Of a stretch of DNA of 64,000 bases, positions 41,354 through 51,329 are shown piece after piece. Position 1 is the first letter of the stretch; each line of letters begins with the position of its first letter. The DNA is taken from positions 1-64,000 of the IMG/VR virus record IMGVR_UViG_3300030389_002306, one strand, 5' to 3'. The position numbers and the translations under genes are program-made. The notes under the pieces are model-generated. The model saw only the letters and a list, made by a program, of their open reading frames with translations, did no database searches and was not told where the DNA came from. The DNA comes from an uncultured virus (IMG/VR IMGVR_UViG_3300030389_002306). Lineage: Duplodnaviria > Heunggongvirae > Uroviricota > Caudoviricetes.

Positions 41354-41815
41354 TTACGATGATGCTATAAATAATTCTAATTGTTGATTTGCTGCGCCCT
41401 TAACTTTTAATGCTGTAGCATTATCCAATGTTGATCCGCCATTATCACCCTCTACAGTAGTTCCTGTAAATATTATACTACTATCAGCAGCTACTGAAGT
41501 GTATGCTGCATCAGAGTCTTCGTCATCCATACCTACTTGGAGTGCATCAGATGCGTCTAAATTAGTAACTCTTATATATTTAATATCTCCACGAACAAAT
41601 GCTCCGTTTTGTGTATCACTACCAAATGTTGCTATTTCTGTAAGATTTGTATTAGCTAATTTTATAATTCTTTTAGATACATTAGCTATACTTGAATATG
41701 TATGCGTATATACTTGTGCAAAGTCTATATCATTAGTTTCACCATTAGCATGATCTACAGCTAATGCTTCTGTTATTGTTACTGTTAAAGATTGTGCTGT
41801 TAATTCAGTTGCCAT
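41354..41815 (-). CDS. Small virion-type protein
   Basis: KYIRVTNLD motif. Confidence 0.55.
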   Translation of the reverse strand: MATELTAQSLTVTITEALAVDHANGETNDIDFAQVYTHTYSSIANVSKRIIKLANTNLTEIATFGSDTQNGAFVRGDIKYIRVTNLDASDALQVGMDDEDSDAAYTSVAADSSIIFTGTTVEGDNGGSTLDNATALKVKGAANQQLELFIASS

Positions 41816-42286
41816 CTATGTAGTTTTTAATTTGCTTATTTCTTTTTTAAAATTGCCCAAAGGCATTATTTTACATTTACTATATTTTTTTGGTCTTACC
41901 CAAACTATTTTGTGATAGTAATCATCTAATATTGGAACTTTGTATTTAACAAGTTTACCTTGACTATTAGATTCATTAATATCAATTCGATAATGAAATG
42001 CTCTGCTGTGTTCTTTTTTGTCTAGGTACACATAACCAAAATCACAAGGCAAATGCACAAGTTCATTTCGATGCACTACATCTCTTATCAATATTTCAAA
42101 AAACTTTGAAACAACTGCATAATATGTTTTATAATCCAGTTTGTTTCTTCTATATTCTTTTTTTCCCTTTAGCCACTCCCCTTTAACCGTTACATTTTCC
42201 CTAACATTTTTAAATATGTCACGAGCGTTTTCGTACTTGTCTCTGTGCTTTCGACTGAATAATTTTTGTACTATCTCTTTCATCAT
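41816..42286 (-). CDS. IHF-like protein of the crAss tail module
   Basis: VHLPCDFGYVYL, IDINES, YHKIVW pattern; position among ring genes. Confidence 0.6.
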   Translation of the reverse strand: MMKEIVQKLFSRKHRDKYENARDIFKNVRENVTVKGEWLKGKKEYRRNKLDYKTYYAVVSKFFEILIRDVVHRNELVHLPCDFGYVYLDKKEHSRAFHYRIDINESNSQGKLVKYKVPILDDYYHKIVWVRPKKYSKCKIMPLGNFKKEISKLKTT

Positions 42287-43253
42287 CTAAATCATCGCTT
42301 ATTGTTGATAATGATAATGCCATTTCTTTAGAAAGTATATTTTGATTCAATTCTGATATTAAATATTCAGGTATTGGATAAACATCATCATCATTTCTAT
42401 AATAACTTGCTTCAGTAGGATTTGCAAATAACCCCTTCAAATACACTGCATATGGTATGGCATGTTTTATAAGACCGTCTGACGCAGATTTATAAACAGA
42501 TCTAAGTCTATCTATTCTAATTTGACACTCATTTCTATATTGACTATACGGTGATGAAACTCGACTTTCTACATGGGCTTTTATACTATTTTTTGTGAAC
42601 CTATTATATTTAGAATTTTCAGCCTCATGTTTTGTTAATAATGGAACATTAATTGCTCTTGTATTTTGATTTGTATAAATTTCACCTTGAACCCCCGCTT
42701 TTCTTATTTCTAAATTAAAAATACCATGATTAACATTAATTAATTCAGGCACTGCAAATTCTATCCGACCATAATCATAATTACTTTCGTTTGAATTATA
42801 TTCATAAAAATCTTGTCCATAAAAATCATCATAAACATTTCCTATAGCTGCAATAGATGATTCTGACAAAGGAGATGATACTGCTTCATTTATATCTTCG
42901 GTATTTGGATCATCTTCTACAGTAGTAGCAGCATTTGCTAAATCAGCAACTCTTGCAGAGTATGCTAATAAAGCTTTATTCCAACTAGTTATTTCGTTTG
43001 CAAGTGTATTGATTGCACCACCAGAATAAGTTTCTCTCATATAAGGCACATCATCTCTTACAGGTTGATGTTTTTGATAAAACTCATATGGTAGGTTTTT
43101 ACCTTTTAAGTAAAAATCTTTAATCATTTTAGCTCTATAATAATGTACCCAGAATTTTATTTGACGTATTCCAATATTTTCTTCATTAATGGTAGAGCTA
43201 CCACCATACGCCATATTTTTTATATTGTATGCTATTTCATTCAATGATGCCAT
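42219..43253 (-). CDS. Ring/adaptor virion protein
   Basis: LNEIAY..RQIKFWVHYYRA, GLFANP, YPIP motifs. Confidence 0.65.
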   Translation of the reverse strand: MASLNEIAYNIKNMAYGGSSTINEENIGIRQIKFWVHYYRAKMIKDFYLKGKNLPYEFYQKHQPVRDDVPYMRETYSGGAINTLANEITSWNKALLAYSARVADLANAATTVEDDPNTEDINEAVSSPLSESSIAAIGNVYDDFYGQDFYEYNSNESNYDYGRIEFAVPELINVNHGIFNLEIRKAGVQGEIYTNQNTRAINVPLLTKHEAENSKYNRFTKNSIKAHVESRVSSPYSQYRNECQIRIDRLRSVYKSASDGLIKHAIPYAVYLKGLFANPTEASYYRNDDDVYPIPEYLISELNQNILSKEMALSLSTISDDLDDERDSTKIIQSKAQRQVRKRS

Positions 43254-43257
43254 GATA

Positions 43258-43265
43258 CAAAAATA
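43258..43265 (-). promoter_or_regulatory. -7 promoter element 4 nt before ATG
   Basis: TATTTTTG-TATC-ATG. Confidence 0.6.
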
Positions 43266-43289
43266 CTTTATTTTACTTTATAAAACAAC

Positions 43290-43324
43290 AATAGGCCTCA
43301 CATCAAAAAGATGATACAGCCTAT
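43290..43324 (-). terminator. Possible terminator hairpin
   Basis: ATAGGC..CATC-TTTTT-GATG..GCCTAT followed by TGTTGTTTT on the minus strand. Confidence 0.4.
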
Positions 43325-43350
43325 CATTGCGCAGGGAGCAAAAAGCTCAT

Positions 43351-44376
43351 TTATATTGATCTGCTCTGCTCTGCTTCTATTGCTTGTGATTGATAGTTTG
43401 CTCCTTCAATATTTGAAGTCATCAATCTTACTGCATTTTGAATTATCTCGTGACAAACTGATTCTGGATAACCCCATTGTAAAGAGCCTGATACTCCATA
43501 ATCATAATCGTTGTCACCATTAGCTTTTCGATAATTTCTATATGTCAAAGCTCCCATATGTACATTACTTGTTCCCCAAAGATCTGGATTACTTAGATCA
43601 TTTTCATCATAACCACCCATAGCTACGTTTGATGCTAATGGGTAAACAATATATCTACATAACCATCTTGATATATTTCCTGCTGAAAAATTAACAGCTT
43701 CTAATGTTTCATCTACATCTTCTGTTAATGGATCATCCNNNNNNNNNNCAAATGCAGTATAATTTGCTACTGATTGTCTCCATCCTATCAATCTTTTTCC
43801 ATCTAAATCATGTTGTCCGTCAATATCAAAGTCATAATTAGGCATTATAGATATAACGGCATCTTTAAGAATGTATTTTGGATTTTCAGTTGTTGGCTTG
43901 TTGAATGGATCATTGTTTTGATGATAGTATTGATAATTAAATTCATTTGATTTAGCCGCTTCACATTCCACCCATTTATTAATAAGTCCTCCTTCTACTG
44001 TAGAGTACTTAACAGATACGCTTAATAATTTTGCTACTGGATAATTTGGACCTCTCAATGTATTTAAAGGTATTCCAAAATCAGTTTGTAGACCAAGACT
44101 TGTTGTATCATTATAAGGAACTCTGTGTCCTGATTTTGCTGTTTTTATATTAACAAGTATTCGCCCGTCAAATTCAAAATACCCATGTGATCGCCTAACT
44201 AATGGATGCAAAATTTTTGCTATACGAGGATCTTTATCGTACTTCTCTATAGCTGAATTAAACCAATTGAAGTATGCAATGTTTAAGAACTTGTCTTTTT
44301 CTTGTGTAGTAAAATATGGTTGGTCTGCTTTATCTAAAAGCAAGTCCATTAAATCATGCGCTTGTCCAAATGTCAT
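43351..44376 (-). CDS. Ring/adaptor virion protein (contains an N gap)
   Basis: LLLDKADQPYF..EKDKFLN; CHEIIQNAV. Confidence 0.65.
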   Translation of the reverse strand: MTFGQAHDLMDLLLDKADQPYFTTQEKDKFLNIAYFNWFNSAIEKYDKDPRIAKILHPLVRRSHGYFEFDGRILVNIKTAKSGHRVPYNDTTSLGLQTDFGIPLNTLRGPNYPVAKLLSVSVKYSTVEGGLINKWVECEAAKSNEFNYQYYHQNNDPFNKPTTENPKYILKDAVISIMPNYDFDIDGQHDLDGKRLIGWRQSVANYTAFXXXXDDPLTEDVDETLEAVNFSAGNISRWLCRYIVYPLASNVAMGGYDENDLSNPDLWGTSNVHMGALTYRNYRKANGDNDYDYGVSGSLQWGYPESVCHEIIQNAVRLMTSNIEGANYQSQAIEAEQSRSI

Positions 44377-44378
44377 TA

Positions 44379-45056
44379 TTAAACTTTATCTTTTAATTCA
44401 ACTTTTTGTTTTGTACGTGGCTTAGGTCCTCTAAGTTCGTTTTTAAGTAATGCATGTATATCAGCATTATCTTTTACCCACTGTACTGTTTGATCTTCGG
44501 TTAGTCCAATAGTTGTAGTTCCATATTTGTATACGCCATTAACTCTTGTAAATAAGTCTTTAGCCATGCATTTTTTTATAAAGATTTTAATAGGTGCATC
44601 ATTATCTGCTCTTACCTCTAAGAATCTTTTAGGATTATCATTAGCATAAGCAATAACTTTAGCTTTGCGAATGTTATCATCCCAATCGCCATTTAATCCA
44701 ATAAGATGACATAAGTCTTCTATTTCTTTTTTAGATAACATAGCAGCAGCTGTAACTGCATCAGCCTTAGCTAATGACTCTTCAGCTTTTTCATTTTCTG
44801 CAGCAGATAAATCTTCTAATACAAATCCACCACTATTTACTAATGGATGATTTTGTAAAAATTTATATACTCTATTATCATACTCATCGTTAATATCTAA
44901 TGCAACAATTGCACTAAACATTTCATAACCTGAAGATGGTTCACCATCCATATTCATTAGTGAAATTTTCTGTCCACCTCTGCCAGTGTAAGTTCCAAAC
45001 TTTGCATAGTTAAACTTACCTGCATTCTTTGCTTTAATTAATACCGTGTGTTTCAT
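44379..45056 (-). CDS. Conserved-type capsid-module protein
   Basis: Position downstream of the MCP cluster. Confidence 0.55.
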   Translation of the reverse strand: MKHTVLIKAKNAGKFNYAKFGTYTGRGGQKISLMNMDGEPSSGYEMFSAIVALDINDEYDNRVYKFLQNHPLVNSGGFVLEDLSAAENEKAEESLAKADAVTAAAMLSKKEIEDLCHLIGLNGDWDDNIRKAKVIAYANDNPKRFLEVRADNDAPIKIFIKKCMAKDLFTRVNGVYKYGTTTIGLTEDQTVQWVKDNADIHALLKNELRGPKPRTKQKVELKDKV

Positions 45057-45082
45057 TTTTATAAAATTTAAATTAATACTCC

Positions 45083-45286
45083 CTATTGCGGTGGTAACTT
45101 CTTGCCTTTCTTTTCTTTAACAATCTTACCATTTTCTATCCAAGTTTTATTACCTGAATGTGTATTCCATTTGAAGCCGCTTTGTCCTCCAATATAGAAA
45201 TTTTCTTTATCTCTTTTTTTTGCTCTTTCTACCTGCTTTTCCCAACCTTCTGGATCGATAGATTTATAATAATCAAATAAATTCAT
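45083..45286 (-). CDS. Hypothetical protein
   Basis: ORF with its own promoter-like element. Confidence 0.55.
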   Translation of the reverse strand: MNLFDYYKSIDPEGWEKQVERAKKRDKENFYIGGQSGFKWNTHSGNKTWIENGKIVKEKKGKKLPPQ

Positions 45287-45290
45287 ATTG

Positions 45291-45298
45291 CAAATATA
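45291..45298 (-). promoter_or_regulatory. -7 promoter element 4 nt before ATG
   Basis: TATATTTG-CAAT-ATG. Confidence 0.6.
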
Positions 45299-45299
45299 A

Positions 45300-45330
45300 G
45301 AATAATGGAGGGGACTAAGCCCCTCCGTTA
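45300..45330 (-). terminator. Intrinsic terminator after the capsid operon
   Basis: TAACGGAGGGG-CTTAGT-CCCCTCCATTATTC hairpin. Confidence 0.65.
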
Positions 45331-45342
45331 CTCAAATTGTTA

Positions 45343-45903
45343 TTATGCAGAAGCACTTTCTACTAATAGAACAGTACCTATAGCAACTTGCGTATATCCG
45401 CTTAAGTGCCAGTTTACACCATCACATAAAAGTGACATTCTTAAACCTTCAGTATTTTGATCTACTGAGCCATCTACAGTAATTTTAGACAATCCATCAA
45501 AATCATCTACAGTACTATTAGCACCACCAGTTACAATATATCCGTAGATATCAGTTGCATCTAAACCAGTTGTAATTATGAAATCAGCATCATCATCGCA
45601 GTTAGCTGTAATAATAAAATCATAATATACACCAGCTGAACTAGCAGCGGCAGGTAAAGTTAAAGTCACATTGTTATCAACAGCAGACATATCAATGGTA
45701 AATAAGTTACCAGACTCTACAGTTGTTAATTGTCTAGTTACAGCAGCAACATTATTAATTGCTTCTACTGGTCTAGCCAATCTCATGTGTGGCGTAAATT
45801 TCGCCTCTTCGCCAGCAGCTAAAGATCCATTTGATACATCTGTACCAACTGTAAAATTCTTAACTGCTGTACGCAATTTATTAAAATCAAATTTCAAAGC
45901 CAT
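45343..45903 (-). CDS. Putative capsid decoration/auxiliary protein
   Basis: ESGNLF..TLTLPAA..GVYYDF..CDGVNWHLSG; downstream of MCP. Confidence 0.6.
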   Translation of the reverse strand: MALKFDFNKLRTAVKNFTVGTDVSNGSLAAGEEAKFTPHMRLARPVEAINNVAAVTRQLTTVESGNLFTIDMSAVDNNVTLTLPAAASSAGVYYDFIITANCDDDADFIITTGLDATDIYGYIVTGGANSTVDDFDGLSKITVDGSVDQNTEGLRMSLLCDGVNWHLSGYTQVAIGTVLLVESASA

Positions 45904-45982
45904 TTCTATTTATTTTAAAAGTTAATAATTAAGGTATTACCGTTTAAGCTTCTCTTCCGTTAATACCAGTTAAATTCAGTTA

Positions 45983-46288
45983 TTAAGAGTGAGTGATAGC
46001 ATCTATACCATCAATTCCGTCAACACCAAACACGCTGTTAACATCATCTGCTACGGTGATAACACCTACGCCTGATAGTACAAGTCTACTTAACTCCTTA
46101 ACCACATTAGCTTGTTTTGCAACAGCAACACTTAATGTTACTTTTTTAAAACCGCCAGCAGCATCAACAAAGTCTACAACTACAGTAGATGTATCAGTTT
46201 CACTTCTAATAGCATTAATTCTATCTGAATCTACAGAAAGCTGATCATTTGCAGCATCCTGAAAATATAAAAAACATCTATTTGCCAT
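45983..46288 (-). CDS. Putative small capsid-associated protein
   Basis: Likely start MANRCF at 46288; directly after MCP. Confidence 0.55.
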   Translation of the reverse strand: MANRCFLYFQDAANDQLSVDSDRINAIRSETDTSTVVVDFVDAAGGFKKVTLSVAVAKQANVVKELSRLVLSGVGVITVADDVNSVFGVDGIDGIDAITHS

Positions 46289-46305
46289 AATATAAAAGTA
46301 TTGTA

Positions 46306-47871
46306 TTATGCTGCGGAAAGGATTCCACAAGATAATGGGTTACGAACTATAATTCCAGACTCAGATAAAACGTGAGCTTCAAACTTATCATCAGCATTTG
46401 CAGCCATCATAGATGATTGATCGTATGGATTAATCATACCAGCTACATACTTTTTGATAAATGAACGGTTAGATCCTTCAGCTCCTTTAGTAACAAGCTC
46501 GATGTTAGAAACACCACTTGTTCTACCGAAATCAAGGAATACCATTTTAGCAGACTCTTTTAATCTGTTGTCACCAAATGCATTTGAACCAGCTGCAGTT
46601 GAGTGCAAGTTCTGATCATCAAATACAGGACAGTAAGCAATAGTAATTTTGTTTCCTAAAGCCATGTAAGATGTGAAGTTAGCACCAAGCTGAACATCAC
46701 CATTTACACCAACCATAGAACCACCAGTAAATGATCCAGAAGGAGCAATTACTAATTCTTTCATTGCTTTGTGGAAAGCCAAACGACCTTCAGTTCCAGT
46801 AAATACAACGAACTCATTCCCTTCAGACTGAGTAGTATTTAAAGATAACTTAGCCAAGAACTCAGTAATGATGTCTTCAGTTAAAGCACCTAATGTATAA
46901 GTAGCTTGGTTAGAAGAATCTATTTGAGCTAATAGACCATCACCTGTTACAATTGAAGAACTTTGTACGCCAGACAAACCTGAAAGCGAAGAAGTTATAG
47001 CGCCTGGTCTTTGAACAGTAGTATCTGTAATAGATGTTCTACCATACCAACGCTGTAATTCTTGCTGATACATAAATTCGTCCATCATCATTTGTTCTTT
47101 AGTAAAGTACCATAAACGATGTCCATTATTTTCAATCCACATAATGTCAGTAATATCTTTACCAGTTACAGAAATCTTCTTACGAGAAGTCGTAAGGTAG
47201 TTTTTGTAAGTAGAAGGATATACATAATTTTCACCTACATCAGCTCCATTAGAACCGTTAGGGAAAGCAGAACCAATAGAAGCAAAGATAGCATCTGCGT
47301 GCACATCTGTTAATTGTAGTGGGTTTGCAGTAGCATCAATCAATTCGATTTTGACATCGTAAGATGCAGCAGTTACAGCAATACCACCATTAGCAGCAGC
47401 TTGTGCAGCTGAAGGAGTTGGATCTTCTAATACAAGACCAACAGCTCCAGATTGGAATCTGATCATATCAAATTTGTTCAAGAAGTTTGGTGTACGACCT
47501 GAAGTGTCACCATCACCTCTTAAATAGATAACGTCTCCGTCAGCGTCAGCAGCAGCTACCGCAGTACCTGATACAGATGCAGCACCTGATCCAGCAGTTG
47601 ATCCTACAAATGTAACACCATCTGTAGAAATCCAACCAGCTGAGAATGTTGGAGCGTTATAACGTCCCATAACTTTCCACTCAAAAGAGTTATCGCCTAG
47701 GACTTTTTCACTTGCAAAACGACCTGTTCTTTCCATAAGATAAGTCGCTGAGTAACGAGGATACTGTTGAATCAACGTTCTTGCAATCTCTGGGTATTGC
47801 AATAGTGCTGTGTTCAAGGCATTCTCGGGAGTAGTTCCAGAACCATAAGTTCCAGTATACAATTTAGCCAT
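46306..47871 (-). CDS. Major capsid protein (crAss-like)
   Basis: 521 aa; FEWKVMG, GDGLLAQI, VFTGTEG, GANFTSY..GNKIT..PVFDD; follows portal and scaffold-like genes. Confidence 0.85.
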   Translation of the reverse strand: MAKLYTGTYGSGTTPENALNTALLQYPEIARTLIQQYPRYSATYLMERTGRFASEKVLGDNSFEWKVMGRYNAPTFSAGWISTDGVTFVGSTAGSGAASVSGTAVAAADADGDVIYLRGDGDTSGRTPNFLNKFDMIRFQSGAVGLVLEDPTPSAAQAAANGGIAVTAASYDVKIELIDATANPLQLTDVHADAIFASIGSAFPNGSNGADVGENYVYPSTYKNYLTTSRKKISVTGKDITDIMWIENNGHRLWYFTKEQMMMDEFMYQQELQRWYGRTSITDTTVQRPGAITSSLSGLSGVQSSSIVTGDGLLAQIDSSNQATYTLGALTEDIITEFLAKLSLNTTQSEGNEFVVFTGTEGRLAFHKAMKELVIAPSGSFTGGSMVGVNGDVQLGANFTSYMALGNKITIAYCPVFDDQNLHSTAAGSNAFGDNRLKESAKMVFLDFGRTSGVSNIELVTKGAEGSNRSFIKKYVAGMINPYDQSSMMAANADDKFEAHVLSESGIIVRNPLSCGILSAA

Positions 47872-47959
47872 TTTTTTAAAAATTTAATTATTAAACACTA
47901 TTTTAAATCCAGAGTAATTTTCACGTAACTTTGGGCATCGCCCGATTGTATTTGTAAAG

Positions 47960-48994
47960 TTACTCTCTCATAAACGCAGCAGGATCAAATCCACTCGACT
48001 TTGTACGAGTCGTTGGTCTTGTCTTGCTACTAAGACTAGGTGAGGTAATTTCATTTAATATTTTAGCCTTACCATCTTCTAGTCCTTGGGAGCGCAAAAT
48101 CTTAGCAAACTTGTCTTTAAATAACATAAACATCGCTACCTCCGAAGCATTGTCGTGAGACTTCCAGATGTCTTCTGCCATTTTACCAGACGTTATATAC
48201 TTATAAGCATCTTGCGCTTGACTTTTAGTCACTGTACCACCCATAAATGTTTGTAGTGATTTTAAGTGACTTTGTAATTCTTTTTTATTTCTCTCTACTT
48301 TTTCTTTATTAGTCAACTCTTCTTGTTGCTTTTCTTTCAAGAATTTTTGTTTCTCTTGTTCAATAGCATTATTAAGTTGTCTTCTAATTCTATAAGCTTC
48401 TCTTTTTAAAACACCAGAATCTTCCATCTTATCAATAGCTTCTTCTATTTCAAAGTCTTCCATTCCATCTGTTTTCATTTCAGCACCAATAAGTTCTCTA
48501 TCGTTAAGATTTAGATAAGTATTTAACTTACTTATCATTTCACTTTTTGGTTGATCTATGAATGGTGAGTTAAGAGCTTTAATTATTTCATCTTTACCAT
48601 TTGCACTAATACCTAATTCTTTAGATACTCTTGCCCAATCTATCTCTCCAGATTCTTCAACGCTTTCATTCTTCGTATCAGGCTGTGCTTCAGCAGGGGC
48701 ATCCCAATCTTCGTCAGCTTCTTGGACTGCCTCTTCTTGTTTCTCAACTTCAATGTTGTCCCAAGAAAAATTATCAGCATTTTCAGTTTCTTCAACTTCT
48801 TCCGTAGTTGCTTCTGCTTTGTCTGCTGCTTCTTCATTGTACTTGCCTTGAAATTGTTCCATCATTTGATCTGTAGCAAATGCTAATGGATCAAACTTTT
48901 TTTCTTCAGTTGATTCAACTGTAGTTTCTGTTTGTGTTTCTTGAGATGTTTCTTGTGTTGTCTCTTCTACTAAGTTTGTTTGTTCTTCTGCCAT
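47960..48994 (-). CDS. Putative scaffolding protein
   Basis: Highly acidic N-terminus and coiled coil; between portal and MCP. Confidence 0.6.
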   Translation of the reverse strand: MAEEQTNLVEETTQETSQETQTETTVESTEEKKFDPLAFATDQMMEQFQGKYNEEAADKAEATTEEVEETENADNFSWDNIEVEKQEEAVQEADEDWDAPAEAQPDTKNESVEESGEIDWARVSKELGISANGKDEIIKALNSPFIDQPKSEMISKLNTYLNLNDRELIGAEMKTDGMEDFEIEEAIDKMEDSGVLKREAYRIRRQLNNAIEQEKQKFLKEKQQEELTNKEKVERNKKELQSHLKSLQTFMGGTVTKSQAQDAYKYITSGKMAEDIWKSHDNASEVAMFMLFKDKFAKILRSQGLEDGKAKILNEITSPSLSSKTRPTTRTKSSGFDPAAFMRE

Positions 48995-49020
48995 AATTTA
49001 AAATTTTTGTCCCTAATTTG

Positions 49021-49028
49021 CAAATATA
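49021..49028 (-). promoter_or_regulatory. -7 promoter element for scaffold/MCP operon
   Basis: TATATTTG 26 nt upstream of the ATG at 48994. Confidence 0.55.
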
Positions 49029-51329
49029 CTAAGAATTTTTAATAATATCTTGTATCCTTTTTTTACGCTGAGGTGATACTTCTCTTGCCTCTGCTTCAGA
49101 TTGTGCTTTGGATAAGTTAGCCTTTGCATCATTCTGTGCTTTTTCCTTCAAAAAGATTTGTTTGTTTTTAACAACATGCGCAACATCTGATGTATCTCGT
49201 GCAAGATCATCTTTCATATCAGCAATCTTCATATCAGCTTCAGCTTGAATTGTAGCAACTTGTACTTTACCTTGATTTTTCATTTCTTCAATCTGTAGGT
49301 TTCTTTGATGTTCAGCTTCGCTAGCTTGCGCTTGAGCTTCCATCATCGCTTGTTGTTGCTGTGCTTGTTCAGCTTGTTGTTTCTTAACTTCATCCATAGC
49401 TCTTTCAAGTATGTGTTCAGCTTCTGTAAATGTATCAGCTTTCAATACTTTAATAATGTCAAGTAGCGTAGCTTGTCCACCTTGTAATGCGGCTTGTGCA
49501 ATACCTTGCAACTGCTGACGCATAGCATCGTCTTTACCTGCATCACCAACATAAATACCAAAGTCATTTAGTCTGATGTCTGGAAATATAGATAGAAACT
49601 TAAACGCACCATCTCCTAATATGTAAGATGCTTTCTTACCATTAGCCCAGCATACCTTCATTAAATCACACACTCTTTCAAACACTCGTTTCTTAACCAT
49701 AGCGTGTGAGTAGAATAAACTTTCTGTTATAGTAGCAGATTGTACAACACTACGCTGCACATTACCTACATATTCGTATTGTCCTACTGCACCTTCACGC
49801 TGAGGTGATACACCAGATATTTGTCCTGCAGTTTGCTCTAACATCAATTTAAGATTGATAAGCTGTTGTACAGAATTAGAAAGTGTAAAATCAATTTGTT
49901 GGAATTGATTGAATGATGCTAGCTGATTACCTTCTTCTTTAGAATTGATAGGTATAATACCATCTGTTTTTAAATGATACAATACAGTTTGCATATCCAT
50001 ACCAAGATTAGTAGGTAGTTGTGATACATCATACACCACAGCTTTACCACCTGAACGAGCCATAGCAAGTTCTATTTGATACATAACTATATTGTAAAGC
50101 ATCTGTATATTCTTAAGCAAATCTACCATAGATATAGATCTACCAGTAGTATTATTTCTAACACAACCTACATATGATAGTGATGTAGAACCAGCATCAT
50201 CTACTGAACGAACTTGATTAGGTCTTCGTCTAGCTTGTACTAATATCTTACCACCAATTTTAGTAGCCTCCCATATATCATCCACATATCTTGTAACTAT
50301 TTCTTCATTACGTCTAGGTGAATAATCATCAGGCACTTGTTTCATAAATGGTCTTTCAGGATTAAATTTATTTTCTGATACTTTAAATTTAAGAGCCTTA
50401 ATAGATTTCCATTCTACTGATACTACGCGTATCTTTACCTCTTGTCCTTCTTGATAGTCAATCCAATCAAATGGATCGTTGTATCTAGCTAAATCATCAT
50501 AGCCACCTATTTGATACATAGCTGACAACTCTTCAAGTTGCTCTCTATCCAACTCATCTCTAAACTCATCTAGTATTTCACTATACGATAAGTAGCGTTC
50601 TTCGCCTACCCAAGATGAATCATCCAAGTAATCTGATGATGCATTTATTTCATATACTATATTTCTAGGATCTACTCGTCTAACAAATGGATCACCATTG
50701 CGATCGTATACCCTAAAAAATTCTTTACCAGTTACAAGCATATCTCTAAAGCCTTCTTTGAATAAATCTCTATAGTTATACTTTTGTATTAAATACTCTA
50801 AACCATCTTGTGCAGTTTCTTCTACCATCTCACGATAGTTATATCGCATGTACAAGTCTATATCTTCTGGTACTTCCATTTCTGTAATCTCAGGTAACTC
50901 GATGCCAACAGAATCTTTGAACTCTTGATGTATCTCTTCGGTAAGTTTTTTCATTATAAGATTTACCTTAACATCTTCTTTTCTTAGTACAGCTTCTTTG
51001 TTAGTAGTTGATACCTTTACATCTAACGGTCTTCTTAAATCTTCACCTACAAGCAAGTCAATCTTTGGTGATATAATTGGATAGTTAACTAGTCGAGCTG
51101 GATATGCCATCCCATACTGCTCTGTTATATATTTAAAATCTTCTAAATCTAAAGTGCCGTTGTATATGTTGTAGTTTTGTATATCGTTTAGTCTTGAATT
51201 TTTATAAGGCGATTCTACATACGACATGTAGGCTACTACTGCATTTACCCATTGATTTGCCCACTCTTCTGTTTTTTCTGACTCCAACACAAACTGTGGT
51301 GGAAATGATGATTGACTTGAATTGTACAT
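49029..51329 (-). CDS. Portal protein
   Basis: NYPIISPKIDLLVGE, WEATKIG, ISGVSPQREG, Gln-rich C-terminal coil; follows TerL. Confidence 0.85.
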   Translation of the reverse strand: MYNSSQSSFPPQFVLESEKTEEWANQWVNAVVAYMSYVESPYKNSRLNDIQNYNIYNGTLDLEDFKYITEQYGMAYPARLVNYPIISPKIDLLVGEDLRRPLDVKVSTTNKEAVLRKEDVKVNLIMKKLTEEIHQEFKDSVGIELPEITEMEVPEDIDLYMRYNYREMVEETAQDGLEYLIQKYNYRDLFKEGFRDMLVTGKEFFRVYDRNGDPFVRRVDPRNIVYEINASSDYLDDSSWVGEERYLSYSEILDEFRDELDREQLEELSAMYQIGGYDDLARYNDPFDWIDYQEGQEVKIRVVSVEWKSIKALKFKVSENKFNPERPFMKQVPDDYSPRRNEEIVTRYVDDIWEATKIGGKILVQARRRPNQVRSVDDAGSTSLSYVGCVRNNTTGRSISMVDLLKNIQMLYNIVMYQIELAMARSGGKAVVYDVSQLPTNLGMDMQTVLYHLKTDGIIPINSKEEGNQLASFNQFQQIDFTLSNSVQQLINLKLMLEQTAGQISGVSPQREGAVGQYEYVGNVQRSVVQSATITESLFYSHAMVKKRVFERVCDLMKVCWANGKKASYILGDGAFKFLSIFPDIRLNDFGIYVGDAGKDDAMRQQLQGIAQAALQGGQATLLDIIKVLKADTFTEAEHILERAMDEVKKQQAEQAQQQQAMMEAQAQASEAEHQRNLQIEEMKNQGKVQVATIQAEADMKIADMKDDLARDTSDVAHVVKNKQIFLKEKAQNDAKANLSKAQSEAEAREVSPQRKKRIQDIIKNS

